Shown one piece after another: positions 24,517 to 37,575 of a stretch of 64,000 bases of DNA (positions are counted from its first letter, which is position 1; the number at the start of each line of letters is the position of its first letter). Source of the stretch: Oculina patagonica (Eukaryota); assembly GCF_052425735.1 (NCBI RefSeq), contig NC_135763.1:14260001-14324000 (forward strand), given 5' to 3'. The notes beneath the pieces were generated by a model. The model worked only from the letters and a program-made list of their open reading frames with translations. It was not told where the DNA came from and ran no database searches. Both the position numbers and the translations under genes were made by a program.

Positions 24517-26379
24517 CATAAGGCACGTCTGTTGCATGCTATGTTGCCTAATGATAATAACGATTAGCAAACACAGTGATCCACACTAAAAGTCGACTCT
24601 CTGAAGTACAGTGAGAACGGCTTGTAAAGATTTAGTCCATGAATTTGAATGTTGCTTGCTTCAATTCCGTTGCTGTATTGTTAAATTTGTCTACTGAATA
24701 CCAGTGAGAGTTTGTGTAACCACCATGTGCGATGACTTGGCATAGTGAATACCTTTTACTTTTTTCCTGCATTGTTGTGAAGTAACAGTGATTTGTTCAC
24801 CAGAATAAGGCCAAAAGAAGCCCAAAAAGCACTGTCTACACTTTCAGATCCAGATGTGAAGTCCTTGCGAGGGACAATAAGGGGGAGGCTTATCAGGTTC
24901 TGCACCATGGTACTTCCCTTTAGTGTGTTGTAAAGGCAACTTGAATGAATTTATTGAAATGTACTTTTGGTGTCCCTAATTGTTCTCAATTTAAAATTAC
25001 TTATCCTGAACTATATCAGTGACGGGAACATTTTGGCGGGTAAGGTCTTCTGTTGTTGCCCTTATCATAAAAAAATACTATAACAGAACTCTTCCGACCA
25101 ATGCAAGCTACGGTTTCAACCCCAAAAAATCTTTAGCATCCCCATTTGTTGCCACTTTTCCAGCAACAAATCTTCTTTTTCCTGATGGCGATGAGCCAGG
25201 TGCAGACTGGTTTTTGTCTTTCATAAAGAGCCAAACTTTAATGCCTTCCTCTAGATTCTAATTCTGGTGTGCTTCCAGTTTTGATGCATTTTCTCCCATC
25301 AGCTAGTCCATCATGAGCATATCAGCCAGGGCTAACACTGTGTTCAACATACAGTTCAGACCAGTAGTGTGCCCTTGCTTGATTGACTATGATAAATTAA
25401 CCCAGTAAGTTTGTATTTCCCTTGGAACACATCAAACCCTTGGTCAACTTGGTGAAGCATCAGCCTTAAAAAGTTCAAATATAATACGTTTTGTAATTGT
25501 TTTTATAGTTGTAGTTCAAAGTGTGGGTTTATTGCATTTTTACATCATTTCCAACTTGAAAGACATGATCACATGTGCCTGCAAGACAGGAGTATCCACT
25601 ACTCATAGCTTGTCGTTTAAAGTTTTTTTTTTACTAAACTTACAGACATTTTTTGATGTATTTGATGTAAGGGATTAATGTGGTCTTTAGGAATTGTTTT
25701 AACCACTATTATTTTCAAAGTTCTGCTACATTGCTTCCTAATTGTGAATTTGTGCCCACTGAATTTTGAACATTTCCTTGACACTGATGTGTTAAAGCTA
25801 AAGAATTTTCGTTCCTCTTGGCCCATGTAGTAATTTAATAAATGCATACTGCGCTTTAAGACTACATTGGTTACCAAGTCTATAGTATATGCGACCATTA
25901 CATGTTTCATTTTGTAGCAACAACCACAAAGCCATCTTACTCAATCTCATGGTATTTACCACTGCAATATTGAGAGTCCATACAGATTTTAAGGCTCATA
26001 GTGCTTTGGTCTGTTGTGTGTGTGTTGGTGAAGGTGATAAAAACTCCGGATTTCTGTTATAACAAATTAAAAAGGCATCTTGATGACAGGAGTTTTAAAC
26101 ATTGTTTAAACCTTAACATATGAATTAAATAACAATGAAACTTGTGGCTGGTCATGACTAGTTGACTGTTGTTTAGTTGTAGTATTACCATTCAAACTAA
26201 GGGTTTTAAGCAGCTCTCTTATTTTTCTTAATGCACTTGGTTTGGTTGCAAATGATATTAGTATACTTTCAGAAAGCTTCTGAAGCAAGTAGCTACACTT
26301 AAACCATTATACACTCTTTGTTAGTGTTTACTTGTTTTAATTATCTGCTGGTTTGGGAGCAACAAATTCATCTGTGCCA

Positions 26380-27560
26380 GGGCTGCAAAATTGCCTAATT
26401 TCCTGAAAGAGATAATTTGTGTGCGTTCTATCAAGGCCATTTGGCAAATAGTCGAGGGAAGCGGTAATGCTGATGTCTTATTGGAAACATATTTAAGGAT
26501 TTGGTATTCTGTCTCCCAGGAATCGACATATTCATGACAAAGAACTACAACTGGGTGTTTTTTAGAGAATCTAAAATGATGGTATTTGCCAGGAATTTAC
26601 TTGAAACAATGTTCAAAATGAGAGACCCAATCATACACTGGCACCATGCCACGACAGTGCCGTCATGAAAACCGCACAGTTAAGACACATTTACACCTGT
26701 GACAGTCGTGCTGTCAACACACTGCATCAGGTCAAACAGGGAGGACACAGGTTCGTCTGAAGGACTGCTTGGGCAGACCAAAACTCCAATCAGGACTAAA
26801 TTTTGTGTGTCCAGCAATTAAAAAAAAAATATGTATTAAGAATAGATTGGTGGAACCACACAATACCCACCAGCAATAGTACCAAATGACATAATTACTT
26901 TTGTTTTGTCTGTCACAGTTGTCTGCATAAATGTGCACGTCTGTTTTTCCAGCACCCTAAATAGTAAAGAAATCATGAACATAGCTAATAGTGGCATTGG
27001 CCCCTTCGCCCATCATTACTGCTTCGTCAATTAGGCAGTACCTGTTGAGCATAATCATAAGAGTAATGAACCCTTCCTCTAAATGAGCACGCCTGCTGTT
27101 GTTTCAGGAGATCAACATCAGTGTTTTCAAAAGTCTCCTTGCAACAATTTACCGAATCCTTGTAGAAGTCCCTCTCCTTCATAGCCTTAGTAATGTGTCC
27201 ATTTTGTTGTTCAAGTAAACTTTTCTTCTCCACTTTACTGACGTTGGCATTTCTGAATATCTTAGTGTTATTCATGCACTTGGCAAGTGATGCAAAGGTC
27301 AGTCGCTGGAGTCATAAATATAAAATTAACCTTCTCTTGAAAAAAGTTGGTCCTTGAGCGTTGCATACCAGATGAAGTTTTCGTCTGACTGTGAATCGTA
27401 GTCATAATCACGAGATGAAGTTCAGCTGATGAACATCGAATGCACTGCGCTCGATGTTCTATGATATCTTGAAAATCTAGTGATTTACTGCAAGGTCCTC
27501 TGTTTCTACCGTAAGTAAACACCCATAGTCACGCTCTTGAAATGTCTTCGTCTAGGAATG
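26380..27560 (-). pseudogene. Sola1-like transposase remnant
   Basis: FMTPATDLCITCQ, HYSYDYAQQV, HIYADNCDRQNKSN, FLIAGHTKFSPDWSFG. Confidence 0.8.
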
Positions 27561-30500
27561 ATGACTCGATCGAAGAGGGACCTTTTCAGTGGTATCTATT
27601 TGGTATCTGTTTGTTCTAGGTCAAATTCATTATCACTGGACTCTGAGGCTACCAACCGCCACATTCGCGGGATTTTAGTCATATCCTGTACGCAAATGTG
27701 TAGGTCTTTTTCCTGTTCACACACTAGTTGGAACGTGATTTATACTCTTTAGTATAGGTATAAAGTAAGTTCCTTTATGTATCTTGTTCAAACTCCCATA
27801 GAGCACAACATACATAAACGCACTTTATAGATTTTTGAAGATATTCTTTGTTGTTTTAACAGCTATTTCCATTTTTATTATTACAATCTTGTAAATATTC
27901 TTGTAATTATATTTAATTAATGGTCAATCACGCCATGAGTTGAAATTGATGTGTGCTGAGATTATAGTGAAATTAATCTGGAGCAGAGGGGAATTTTGTG
28001 CCCTTTCCAAGTCACGTATCTTTAAACCAGCAGTAATTTCCTAAGCAAGTAATGCCTCTTTCTTTCCTCTGACGATCTTTTTGCTCTCTTTCTCTTTGTT
28101 CAACTTCTGGCTGTTCCTTTAGTCTCTTTTCATCCTCCTTTTTTTGCCTTTCTCTTTCCTCCTTTTGTAATCGTTCTTCTCATTATTGCCTCCAGCTTCA
28201 TCACTTCCTGTTTTTGGGCTTTCAGAAGTCTTCCACTTTCATTTCTTTCTCCTTCCCTTCTAACGCTCATCTTCGGCCTTCTTTGCATTTTGCGCTTTCA
28301 AAAGATTGAAGAGCCTCAGTAGACTTCCTCACGGTTTTCACTGTTGAGCCATGTTTCGATGCCTTGGCTTGAGTCTTTTTCAATTGATCTGTGGGTGGCT
28401 GTACCATTTTTAAGATTTTAGCCTGTGAATGAATGACTTGTGAATGACTGATAGTGAAGTATAGAACAATAATTTACTGATGAAGAATAGTCGGCAGCCT
28501 AATATAATAAGAAATCCATACAAACCAAGGACAGATATTGCCTATTGTACTTGAAATGACAATAATAATAATATAATGTTTATTGGAAACTCATTGCAGT
28601 AATAACTGAATTACAGAGTAAAATACAAGGTATAAATAAAATAGGGCCCCAATGGGTCCATGTGTTTTGCTGCTAGAGCAAAGTCTTAGGGAACATGTTG
28701 ATGAAAGACAAGTGAGTCGAGATTGAAATCCAACGTCTTTTATTGTCTGTCACTTGTGTGCAGGTTAATAATTGCACTATATTGTAGTCACTTTGTGTTA
28801 ATTCAATCCTGATAATTTTACTGATCAATGTTATGTTGAAATCAAAGACAGCAAACATAATTTAATTACTAGTAAGTTAACGTAATGTCTGACATGATTG
28901 TCTCTTTGATAAAAAACAGAAACTCTTAACATTATAAAAAAATCTCAATGAACTCAATGTGATTCTTTTAGTGGCGTTATCTCACTGGTTACCGTTAGTT
29001 GTATTTGGAATCATTGTCACAATGGTAGCGTTTTAACAACAACGAAAAAGACAGAATCTATTGACCTTATAAGAACTCAATGTGATATATTTATTAGTGA
29101 CAAGACAGTGGTTCTTTAACCACTTTCACCCAAATTAAACACTGGAACAACTAACTCTTAACAAACTTGTTGTGTCACCCTGAGTTAAATATGCAAAATT
29201 CAGAAATTATAAATAATCGCACGCGCACCGGCGTACAACAACAGAAAGACGGCGTTGAACGTAACGCAAAGTTCATTTTGAAAGCGAAAGTTTACAAATA
29301 ATTATTATCATTCGTCAGTCATCCCTTCACGCATGAACACTCGTCGAATTTCAGTGTCTTCACAACAAGATCGGAAGATCGATAAGGACCAATTTTTGAT
29401 TCTGCGAAAGTTCGTTTTCTTAAAGTTTTAGAAATTTGTGAAGTTGGAGGATTCACTGAGGACTGCGTAGCCGAAGATGCAGTGGCTCGCTGGACATCAA
29501 ATTCTATTTTTCCCGGCGTTTAATTAATCTTCACAAAATAAACATGTGGCGCCAGCCCGTCTGGCAGTCAAAAATTCATTTTTCAAAAAACTTTCCCTTT
29601 CCAGCTATTTTAGCGGGGCTTATACTATAGTACCTACCTGTCAGTCGTAGAAAAGCTGAAATTTAAGGATGAACTGTTTATTAAATGAAGACCGTATTAT
29701 TTTTTAATAACTAGTAAACAAACTGGTCGCCACGCATTTAAACACGAACTGACGAATGTTGCATCTGATGCAGTGAATCTGGTGAATGAGAACTTCCTTT
29801 AATATTTCTTTGTTTTCGACGGTGTGCACCACTGAATAAGTTTCTTTCCCATTGTGATGTTACTAGTATTAATTCGTTTCTAGCTGTCTTTTATATAGCT
29901 CGAATACATCTACAATTAGCGGTGCAGCCTACCAGCATGGTATATTCCTTTCCAGCTGTCTTTGCGTGACAAGTTACACGTTCATACATTTTATTTTAAA
30001 ATATGAATTTCAGAGTTAATACAGTACTAGTATGCTGTAGACAGTGTAGACAAGGTGAGGGTAAGTTTATTTTCAAAGCGAAAGTTTACAAACTGTGCAC
30101 TAACCGGTCCTTTGGAGAAAATATTTATGACCTTCGGCGAGGTTCCAAGTCTTCGCTCTTTTCGTAAATGATGAAAACTGCAGAATAATTTTCTCATAAA
30201 ACTGGAGTGGTCGCGCCACAGTTTGTTTTCTTTCCCAATGCGATATACTTTTAAATCGGTTTTCTGTTTTCCAACGTGTCCAACGTGGTTTGCGTTCGAA
30301 TACTTTGGCCCGTAACTTCGAATGCGATCAGCGCTACGGTTCATTGGTTTCGATTTTGTTTGTTCATGGATTTGATTGACATCGGTAGTTCAGATTTCTC
30401 CTCTGTTACGGCACTTACACCTTACGGCACTTACACCTTACACCTTACGGCACAAACTTCAGCTCTCAATGTGTTTTGCTTGCAGCCATTGCGGCTGCAG

Positions 30501-31868
30501 CAAAACACAAACTATTAATTACAATATATATACAATATAAGGTTCTATTATAAACAAGCTAGTTCGAGATTTATAGCGAGAAGTGACGAAGTCCTGAGAA
30601 TGCTTCGTTCTGCAAGACTTGATGGTGCTACGACTTGTGCCGGATCTTAAATTGCAGTCATCCCTAGAAATAGTGTAAGCTGAATTTTCAAACAAGCACA
30701 AGATGAAACTTAATCCTTCTAAATGCAACAAAATGTTGATCAATTTTATGAGTAAACACCCAAACGCCGTTTGATATGACTCCACCAGTTCCTACTATTT
30801 GATTGGTAGAAACGTTTCTTAGCAGATTTTACGACGTGTAGAACAACTCTAACAGTGACTGGTACTTGTCCCAGAAGGCCTTGGTTGTTGCCAGTTGGGA
30901 AACAGTGTTTCTCGGTTACTTAAAGAACCACTCTTCATATTTTTGGATATGTTTGTGACGTCATAAAGTAAAGCATTTAAGTTTTTAAACAACAAGAAAA
31001 GGCAAGAAATATTTTGTTCAAGTTAACTGCTGTGATAACACAAAAATGCAGGTTCAATACAAATAGTTCTGTGGTATAATTTAATTTTTTTTAATTTTCT
31101 TACCTGCCAAAAATTGTAATTTAATTTCCTATTTTTTTTGCTATGATAGGCCTGCCACTTGATGGTCACTTGACATTTTTCCCTGGAGAGTACCCTCCAA
31201 AGCTTCACTGGTGGACCCGCACCTTTTGGAAGTTTTTGGTTGGGAGCTCATAATTTAAAACAATGTGTTGTTGACAAGTTTTGCCATAATATTTTGATGT
31301 CAATAATACGTTTTTATATATTTTGCTTTTGTTTCCTGACTAAAATGTTCCACCTTAATGCTCCATTTTTCCTACTTAATGCACGGAAAATACTTTTGAC
31401 ACAAAGGGTTTATTAATTATTTTAACTGTTAACACTTACAAAAGTTTCGCAAGTAACAGTAACCACATATTCAAGGTCATATAAACAGCAAAAAAACATA
31501 ATCTTCGAAATGATCTGCAAGGCTAAGTAAGGGAAGTAGTTGACTATCCCTAGAAAGTGATTAAAATATTCTAAGAAGTGTACTTGTTGATTGTTGAGTT
31601 ATGTAGAAATGAAAAAAAAAGTAAATTTTTTTAATTAAACCATCATTCTCTGGGTGATAAGTTAACATGTTTACATTGCGAATTTGAATAATCCTGCAAG
31701 TTTCAGCTAGTAGTTTTAAAAGTAAGTCCTTTCCTCTATAAAGAAGGAGCACTTTAGAACCACCATTCTTAGCAATGATTTCATCAACCAACAGACGAGC
31801 AATTACAGAAGCTTCAGTATCGGAACTGCAAATGCCTCGCACCAAAAGGTTAGGTAATGGCTAAAAAC
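26501..31868 (+). repeat. Segmental duplication, copy A (copy B = 35210-41465)
   Basis: 26501-28631 matches 35210-37325 (offset 8709 at the start, identical ORF translations). 30508-31868 matches 37336-37575 plus 40291-41465. Confidence 0.9.
28560..28640 (-). mobile_element. 3' tail of an L2/CR1-type LINE
   Basis: Minus strand ...CTCTGTAATTCAGTTATTACTGCAATGAGTTTCCAATAAAC followed by a (TTA)n tail. Confidence 0.45.
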
Positions 31869-32030
31869 AACAATGTACCTATTACCCTTCTTTGACGGTG
31901 GAAACGGGCCTAAAACATCAACAGCTACCCTTTCGAGTGCATTGCGGACAGAAATAGAAAAATAACGGTGGTCTCTTAGAGTTCTTTGGTAATTTTCTAA
32001 TTAAGCAATCCTGACAAGACCACCAGTAGT
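31630..32030 (-). pseudogene. Gypsy integrase remnant, second copy
   Basis: ARLLVDEIIAKNGGSKVLLLYRGKD...TYHPENDGLI; homologous to 19070-19510. Confidence 0.8.
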
Positions 32031-33143
32031 GCTTAAGAGGGCGTCTTTCTTAAAAGCACCCACTCAATTTCGCTTAAAAAATAATTTTGCCTGAAACTCT
32101 GTCAACTGAAAGACATTACCAAGGCAAGAACTAAAACAGATATGGTTTGATTTGAAATGATATTCTGGCCGCGTTAGGAGCCATAAAATATTTTCCCTTG
32201 TCGGCGCCGGTCACAACGTCTCGAAAATTGAAAAATATGCACTTTACGTAACACTGTAAAATATTTATTTCGCATCATCTAGTCGCAAATTTTATATCAA
32301 CTTGCTCATAAACCTTTCTAGTTTTACAAGACAGTCACAATTTGCCTCGATTATCCTGAAAAGGCAAAATCGAGCGTATTATGACCACTACTAATCGCCT
32401 TTGAGCAAAGGCTGTAAATTGGCTTCGATTTAGAGGCTATTTTTTAAATTTTGGGACCAACCTAATACTTCTAGCCTATCCAGCCGACAAGAGTAGTCGT
32501 TTATCTACAAATATGTGCAAAATCCCATGTACGTTTTCAATATTTCAAAAATTATGACCGTTTTTATCAGCACATGTACCAGCATTTTCGATTTTTCGCC
32601 TATATTAAAATCGACTTCTCTCGAGCAGATTTTGACACACATACAGCCTACCTGCTTCTCATCTCGGCTTATGTCCAACGTTAGACGGTTAACAATCCCC
32701 AGATTGCTAAATCTCATAATAACTCCAGCAAATTGGTAGGTATTGCCTTCAAAACTTGAGCACCACGGCATCTATCGAGTCCCTTGTTAGCGAGCGAAAG
32801 CCCGAATCCAAGGCTATATTTCGCACTAAATACCCCATTAAACACCGTTTCAGAGCCGTATTTCTTCGAGAATCAGACAAAAGACCCTCCGAGACTGGTA
32901 TTTAGAGAACATAGCCGTGATTTGAGGTCTTAAATTCCGAAGAAACATCACCATTTACAGTGTACATCTTGACAATCGATACTGTGTGATGCTGTTTCCG
33001 CAGAGGTCCGCATAAATGGGGAGACCGCTGCTCGCCTGTGCCAACAACCACGTCTAAATGTTACCATATTTTTTTTAAATCAAAATTTGGAAAGCAATTT
33101 CGAGTTTTAAAGAAATCAATCCTATAAATAAATAAACAAACAC

Positions 33144-33447
33144 GAAGCCTCGTGCCAAATGGCCCATACTGTCACAGCTTATCCCGGTTTCGATAGCATT
33201 GAGCGGCTAGGAATATTTCTACTCCCTCCTGGATGGAATTCTAGTCCATCGCAGTTCCCCACCCCCCGGCCCTCCCAGCATTATTTTGCCGGTACCTATT
33301 TATACAGCTGGGTGGGTAGAGGCGCTATGAGAGTAAAGTGTCTTACTCAAGAATAGTACAACACAGTAACCCTGGCCAGGGATCGAACCCGGACAGTTCG
33401 ATCTGGAGTCCGGCCGGCGCGCTAACAAATAGGCCACCGCGCCTCCC
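33144..33447 (-). mobile_element. tRNA-derived SINE (in left TIR)
   Basis: Reverse complement of 34600-34903; pol III A/B-box head. Confidence 0.85.
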
Positions 33448-33649
33448 ATATGAATAAATAAATAAATAAATAAATAAATAAATATCATTCGCCGTCTGTA
33501 AGATATAGCATTTTGAATTTCGGAGTTTCACGCCACACAAGACTTTAGATGGCCGCCAGAAAGCTGCCACGTTTTCTTAAAAAAAATTGCCTTATCCTGA
33601 CATTTTTAATACTCTGGACAATTTTTGACGGATAACTAGAGTACGGAAT

Positions 33650-34065
33650 AACGTGCAGATCTGAGGATGGGCCCTAAGCAAACCGAGGAGCAACGTTAGA
33701 TTTTCGCCGAAGGTTAAAGAACACCTTACGGCACGGTTTACTCTAGGAGAAAGAACTGGGCGAAAGGCGCACCCTTCCCAAAATGTCGCCAGATGACGAG
33801 AAAGATGTCCAATGCCTCCAGGAAAATACCCGTTAACCTGGTAGACCAGGTTAACAGAGAAATCAACGTCTCCCATCCCATCTGCTACGACACGTATGAC
33901 TTCTGTGAGTGTTACTACAGCAACACGCTTCAAAAATTCAATGTGGTCATGCTGAAAGCCACCTGTAGCCACTTTGGGATTCCTGTAAAATCAAAAGAAA
34001 AAAAGAAAATTCTGATAGACAAGCTGACGGACATGATCCGTGAATATGAATGTGTTTCTGACTAA
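33650..34065 (+). pseudogene. Sola3-like transposase C-terminal remnant
   Basis: GWALSKPRSNVRFSPKVKEHLTARFTLGERTGRKAHP and HPICYDTYDFCE...FNVVMLKATCSHFGI. Confidence 0.65.
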
Positions 34066-34553
34066 AACAATGTTAAACATCCCATAAGAGTAACAGACAG
34101 TCGTTGAGTAGTCTTGGCTTCATGCCTAAACGCAGCTGTGCTTTCATTACGTTAAGTCCTCTCATCCCTCTCATCAAAACATAATGTTAAGGTAGGCAGG
34201 CAGGCTAAGAATACCTGTACCATCACATCCTATAGGTGGTTTTCACTGTCATGCCGCGAAAAATAAAACCAAAACTATTGAGTAAAAAAAATCAAGAATA
34301 TTACAGATTGTAGAAGACTACTATATAAACTACCGTTACTTGTCCAAGTTTCAGAGCTTTACATTATTCCGTACTCTAGTTATCCGTAAAAATGTTTCAC
34401 GCAAATTTGGAGAGCACAGACACTGATCTGGCATTAAATTCTGCTACAAATCAGAACACCATCACGAAAAAGGAAACATTCAAATAAACACTTTCCGCAA
34501 AACCTCGACGCTAAACTGTCCAGAGAATTAAAAATGGCAGGATGAGGCAATTT

Positions 34554-34588
<35 letters not shown>

Positions 34589-34599
34589 TTCATTCATAT

Positions 34600-34903
34600 G
34601 GGAGGCGCGGTGGCCTATTTGTTAGCGCGCCGGCCGGACTCCAGATCGAACTGTCCGGGTTCGATTCCTGGCCAGAGTTACTGTGTTGTACTATTCTTGA
34701 GTAAGACACTTTACTCTCATAGCGCCTCTACCCACCCAGCTGTATAAATAGGTACCGGCAAAATAATGCTGGGAGGGCCGGGGGGTGGGGAACTGCGATG
34801 GACTAGAATTCCATCCAGGAGGGAGTAGAAATATTCCTAGCCGCTTAATGCTATCGAGACCGGGATAAGCTGTGACAGTATGGGCCATTTGGCACGAGGC
34901 TTC
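34600..34903 (+). mobile_element. tRNA-derived SINE (in right TIR)
   Basis: GGAGGCGCGGTGGCCT (A box)...GGGTTCGATTCC (B box), body TTCTTGAGTAAGACACTTTACTCTCA...GGGATAAGCT, set in an (ATTT)n tract. Confidence 0.85.
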
Positions 34904-37575
34904 GTGTTTGTTTATTTATTTATAGGATTGATTTCTTTAAAACTCGAAATTGCTTTCCAAATTTTGATTTAAAAAAATATGGTAACATTTAGCCGTGGTT
35001 GTTGGCACAGGCGAGCAGCGGTCTCCCCATTTATGCGGACCTCTGCGGAAACAGCATCACACAGTATCGATTGTCGAGATGTACACTGTAAATGGTGTTG
35101 TTTCTTCGGAATTTAAGACCTCAAATCACGGCTATGTTCTCTAAATACCAGTCTCGGAGGGTCTTTTGTCTGATTCTCGAAGAAATACGGCTCTGAAACG
35201 GCTCTGAAATTGGTATTCTGTCTCCCAGGAATCGACATATTCATGACAAAGAACTACAACTGGGTGTTTTTTAGAGAATCTAAAATGATGGTATTTGCCA
35301 GGAATTTACTTGAAACAATGTTCAAAATGAGAGACCCAATCATACACTGGCACCATGCCACGACAGTGCCGTCATGAAAACCGCACAGTTAAGACACATT
35401 TACACCTGTGACAGTCGTGCTGTCAACACACTGCATCAGGTCAAACAGGGAGGACACAGGTTCGTCTGAAGGACTGCTTGGGCAGACCAAAACTCCAATC
35501 AGGACTAAATTTTGTGTGTCCAGCAATTAAAAAAAAAATATGTATTAAGAATAGATTGGTGGAACCACACAATACCCACCAGCAATAGTACCAAATGACA
35601 TAATTACTTTTGTTTTGTCTGTCACAGTTGTCTGCATAAATGTGCACGTCTGTTTTTCCAGCACCCTAAATAGTAAAGAAATCATGAACATAGCTAATAG
35701 TGGCATTGGCCCCTTCGCCCATCATTACTGCTTCGTCAATTAGGCAGTACCTGTTGAGCATAATCATAAGAGTAATGAACCCTTCCTCTAAATGAGCACG
35801 CCTGCTGTTGTTTCAGGAGATCAACATCAGTGTTTTCAAAAGTCTCCTTGCAACAATTTACCGAATCCTTGTAGAAGTCCCTCTCCTTCATAGCCTTAGT
35901 AATGTGTCCATTTTGTTGTTCAAGTAAACTTTTCTTCTCCACTTTACTGACGTTGGCATTTCTGAATATCTTAGTGTTATTCATGCACTTGGCAAGTGAT
36001 GCAAAGGTCAGTCGCTGGAGTCATAAATATAAAATTAACCTTCTCTTGAAAAAAGTTGGTCCTTGAGCGTTGCATACCAGATGAAGTTTTCGTCTGACTG
36101 TGAATCGTAGTCATAATCACGAGATGAAGTTCAGCTGATGAACATCGAATGCACTGCGCTCGATGTTCTATGATATCTTGAAAATCTAGTGATTTACTGC
36201 AAGGTCCTCTGTTTCTACCGTAAGTAAACACCCATAGTCACGCTCTTGAAATGTCTTCGTCTAGGAATGATGACTCGATCGAAGAGGGACCTTTTCAGTG
36301 GTATCTATTTGGTATCTGTTTGTTCTAGGTCAAATTCATTATCACTGGACTCTGAGGCTACCAACCGCCACATTCGCGGGATTTTAGTCATATCCTGTAC
36401 GCAAATGTGTAGGTCTTTTTCCTGTTCACACACTAGTTGGAACGTGATTTATACTCTTTAGTATAGGTATAAAGTAAGTTCCTTTATGTATCTTGTTCAA
36501 ACTCCCATAGAGCACAACATACATAAACGCACTTTATAGATTTTTGAAGATATTCTTTGTTGTTTTAACAGCTATTTCCATTTTTATTATTACAATCTTG
36601 TAAATATTCTTGTAATTATATTTAATTAATGGTCAATCACGCCATGAGTTGAAATTGATGTGTGCTGAGATTATAGTGAAATTAATCTGGAGCAGAGGGG
36701 AATTTTGTGCCCTTTCCAAGTCACGTATCTTTAAACCAGCAGTAATTTCCTAAGCAAGTAATGCCTCTTTCTTTCCTCTGACGATCTTTTTGCTCTCTTT
36801 CTCTTTGTTCAACTTCTGGCTGTTCCTTTAGTCTCTTTTCATCCTCCTTTTTTTGCCTTTCTCTTTCCTCCTTTTGTAATCGTTCTTCTCATTATTGCAT
36901 CCAGCTTCATCACTTCCTGTTTTTGGGCTTTCAGAAGTCTTCCACTTTCATTTCTTTCTCCTTCCCTTCTAACGCTCATCTTCGGCCTTCTTTGCATTTT
37001 GCGCTTTCAAAAGATTGAAGAGCCTCAGTAGACCTCCTCACGGTTTTTACTGTTGAGCCATGTTTCGATGCCTTGGCTTGAGTCTTTTTCAATTGATCTA
37101 TGGGTGGTTTTACCATTTTTAAGATTTTAGCCTGTGAATGACTGATAATGAAGTATAGAACAATAATTTACTGATGAAGAATAGTCAGCAGCCTAATATA
37201 ATAAGAAATCCATACAAACCAAGGACAGATATTGCCTATTGTACTTGAAATGACAACAATAATAATATAATGTTTAATGGAAACTCATTGCAGTAATGAC
37301 TGAATTACAGAGTAAAATACAAGGTGTTACATATAAACTATTAATTACAATATAGATATAATATAAGGTTCTATTATAAACAAGCTAGTTCGAGATTAAT
37401 AGTGAAAAGTGACGAAGTCCTGAGAACGCTTCGCTCTGCAAGACTTGATGGTGCTACGACTTGTGCCGGATCTTAAATTGCAGTCATCCCTAGAAATAGT
37501 GTAAGCTTGCTTAACTTTGCTGCCAACGATAGTTTTGAGTTTTCAAACGAGCAAAACAAAATGTTGATCAATTTG

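Larger units (their letters stand above)
32037..35201 (+). mobile_element. Internally deleted Sola3-like DNA transposon with long TIRs; right TIR truncated
   Basis: Starts TTAA|GAG at the site where homology to the integrase paralog breaks. About 32848-33480 is an inverted copy of about 34555-35201. The centre holds a transposase C-terminus. Confidence 0.75.

Noticed and set aside
28030-28420. Lys/Glu-rich minus-strand segment as a pogo transposase tail
   Set aside because: Too low in complexity and too degenerate to support an assignment.
34600-34680. Possible tRNA gene
   Set aside because: A and B boxes are present, but there is no cloverleaf and it continues into a SINE body.
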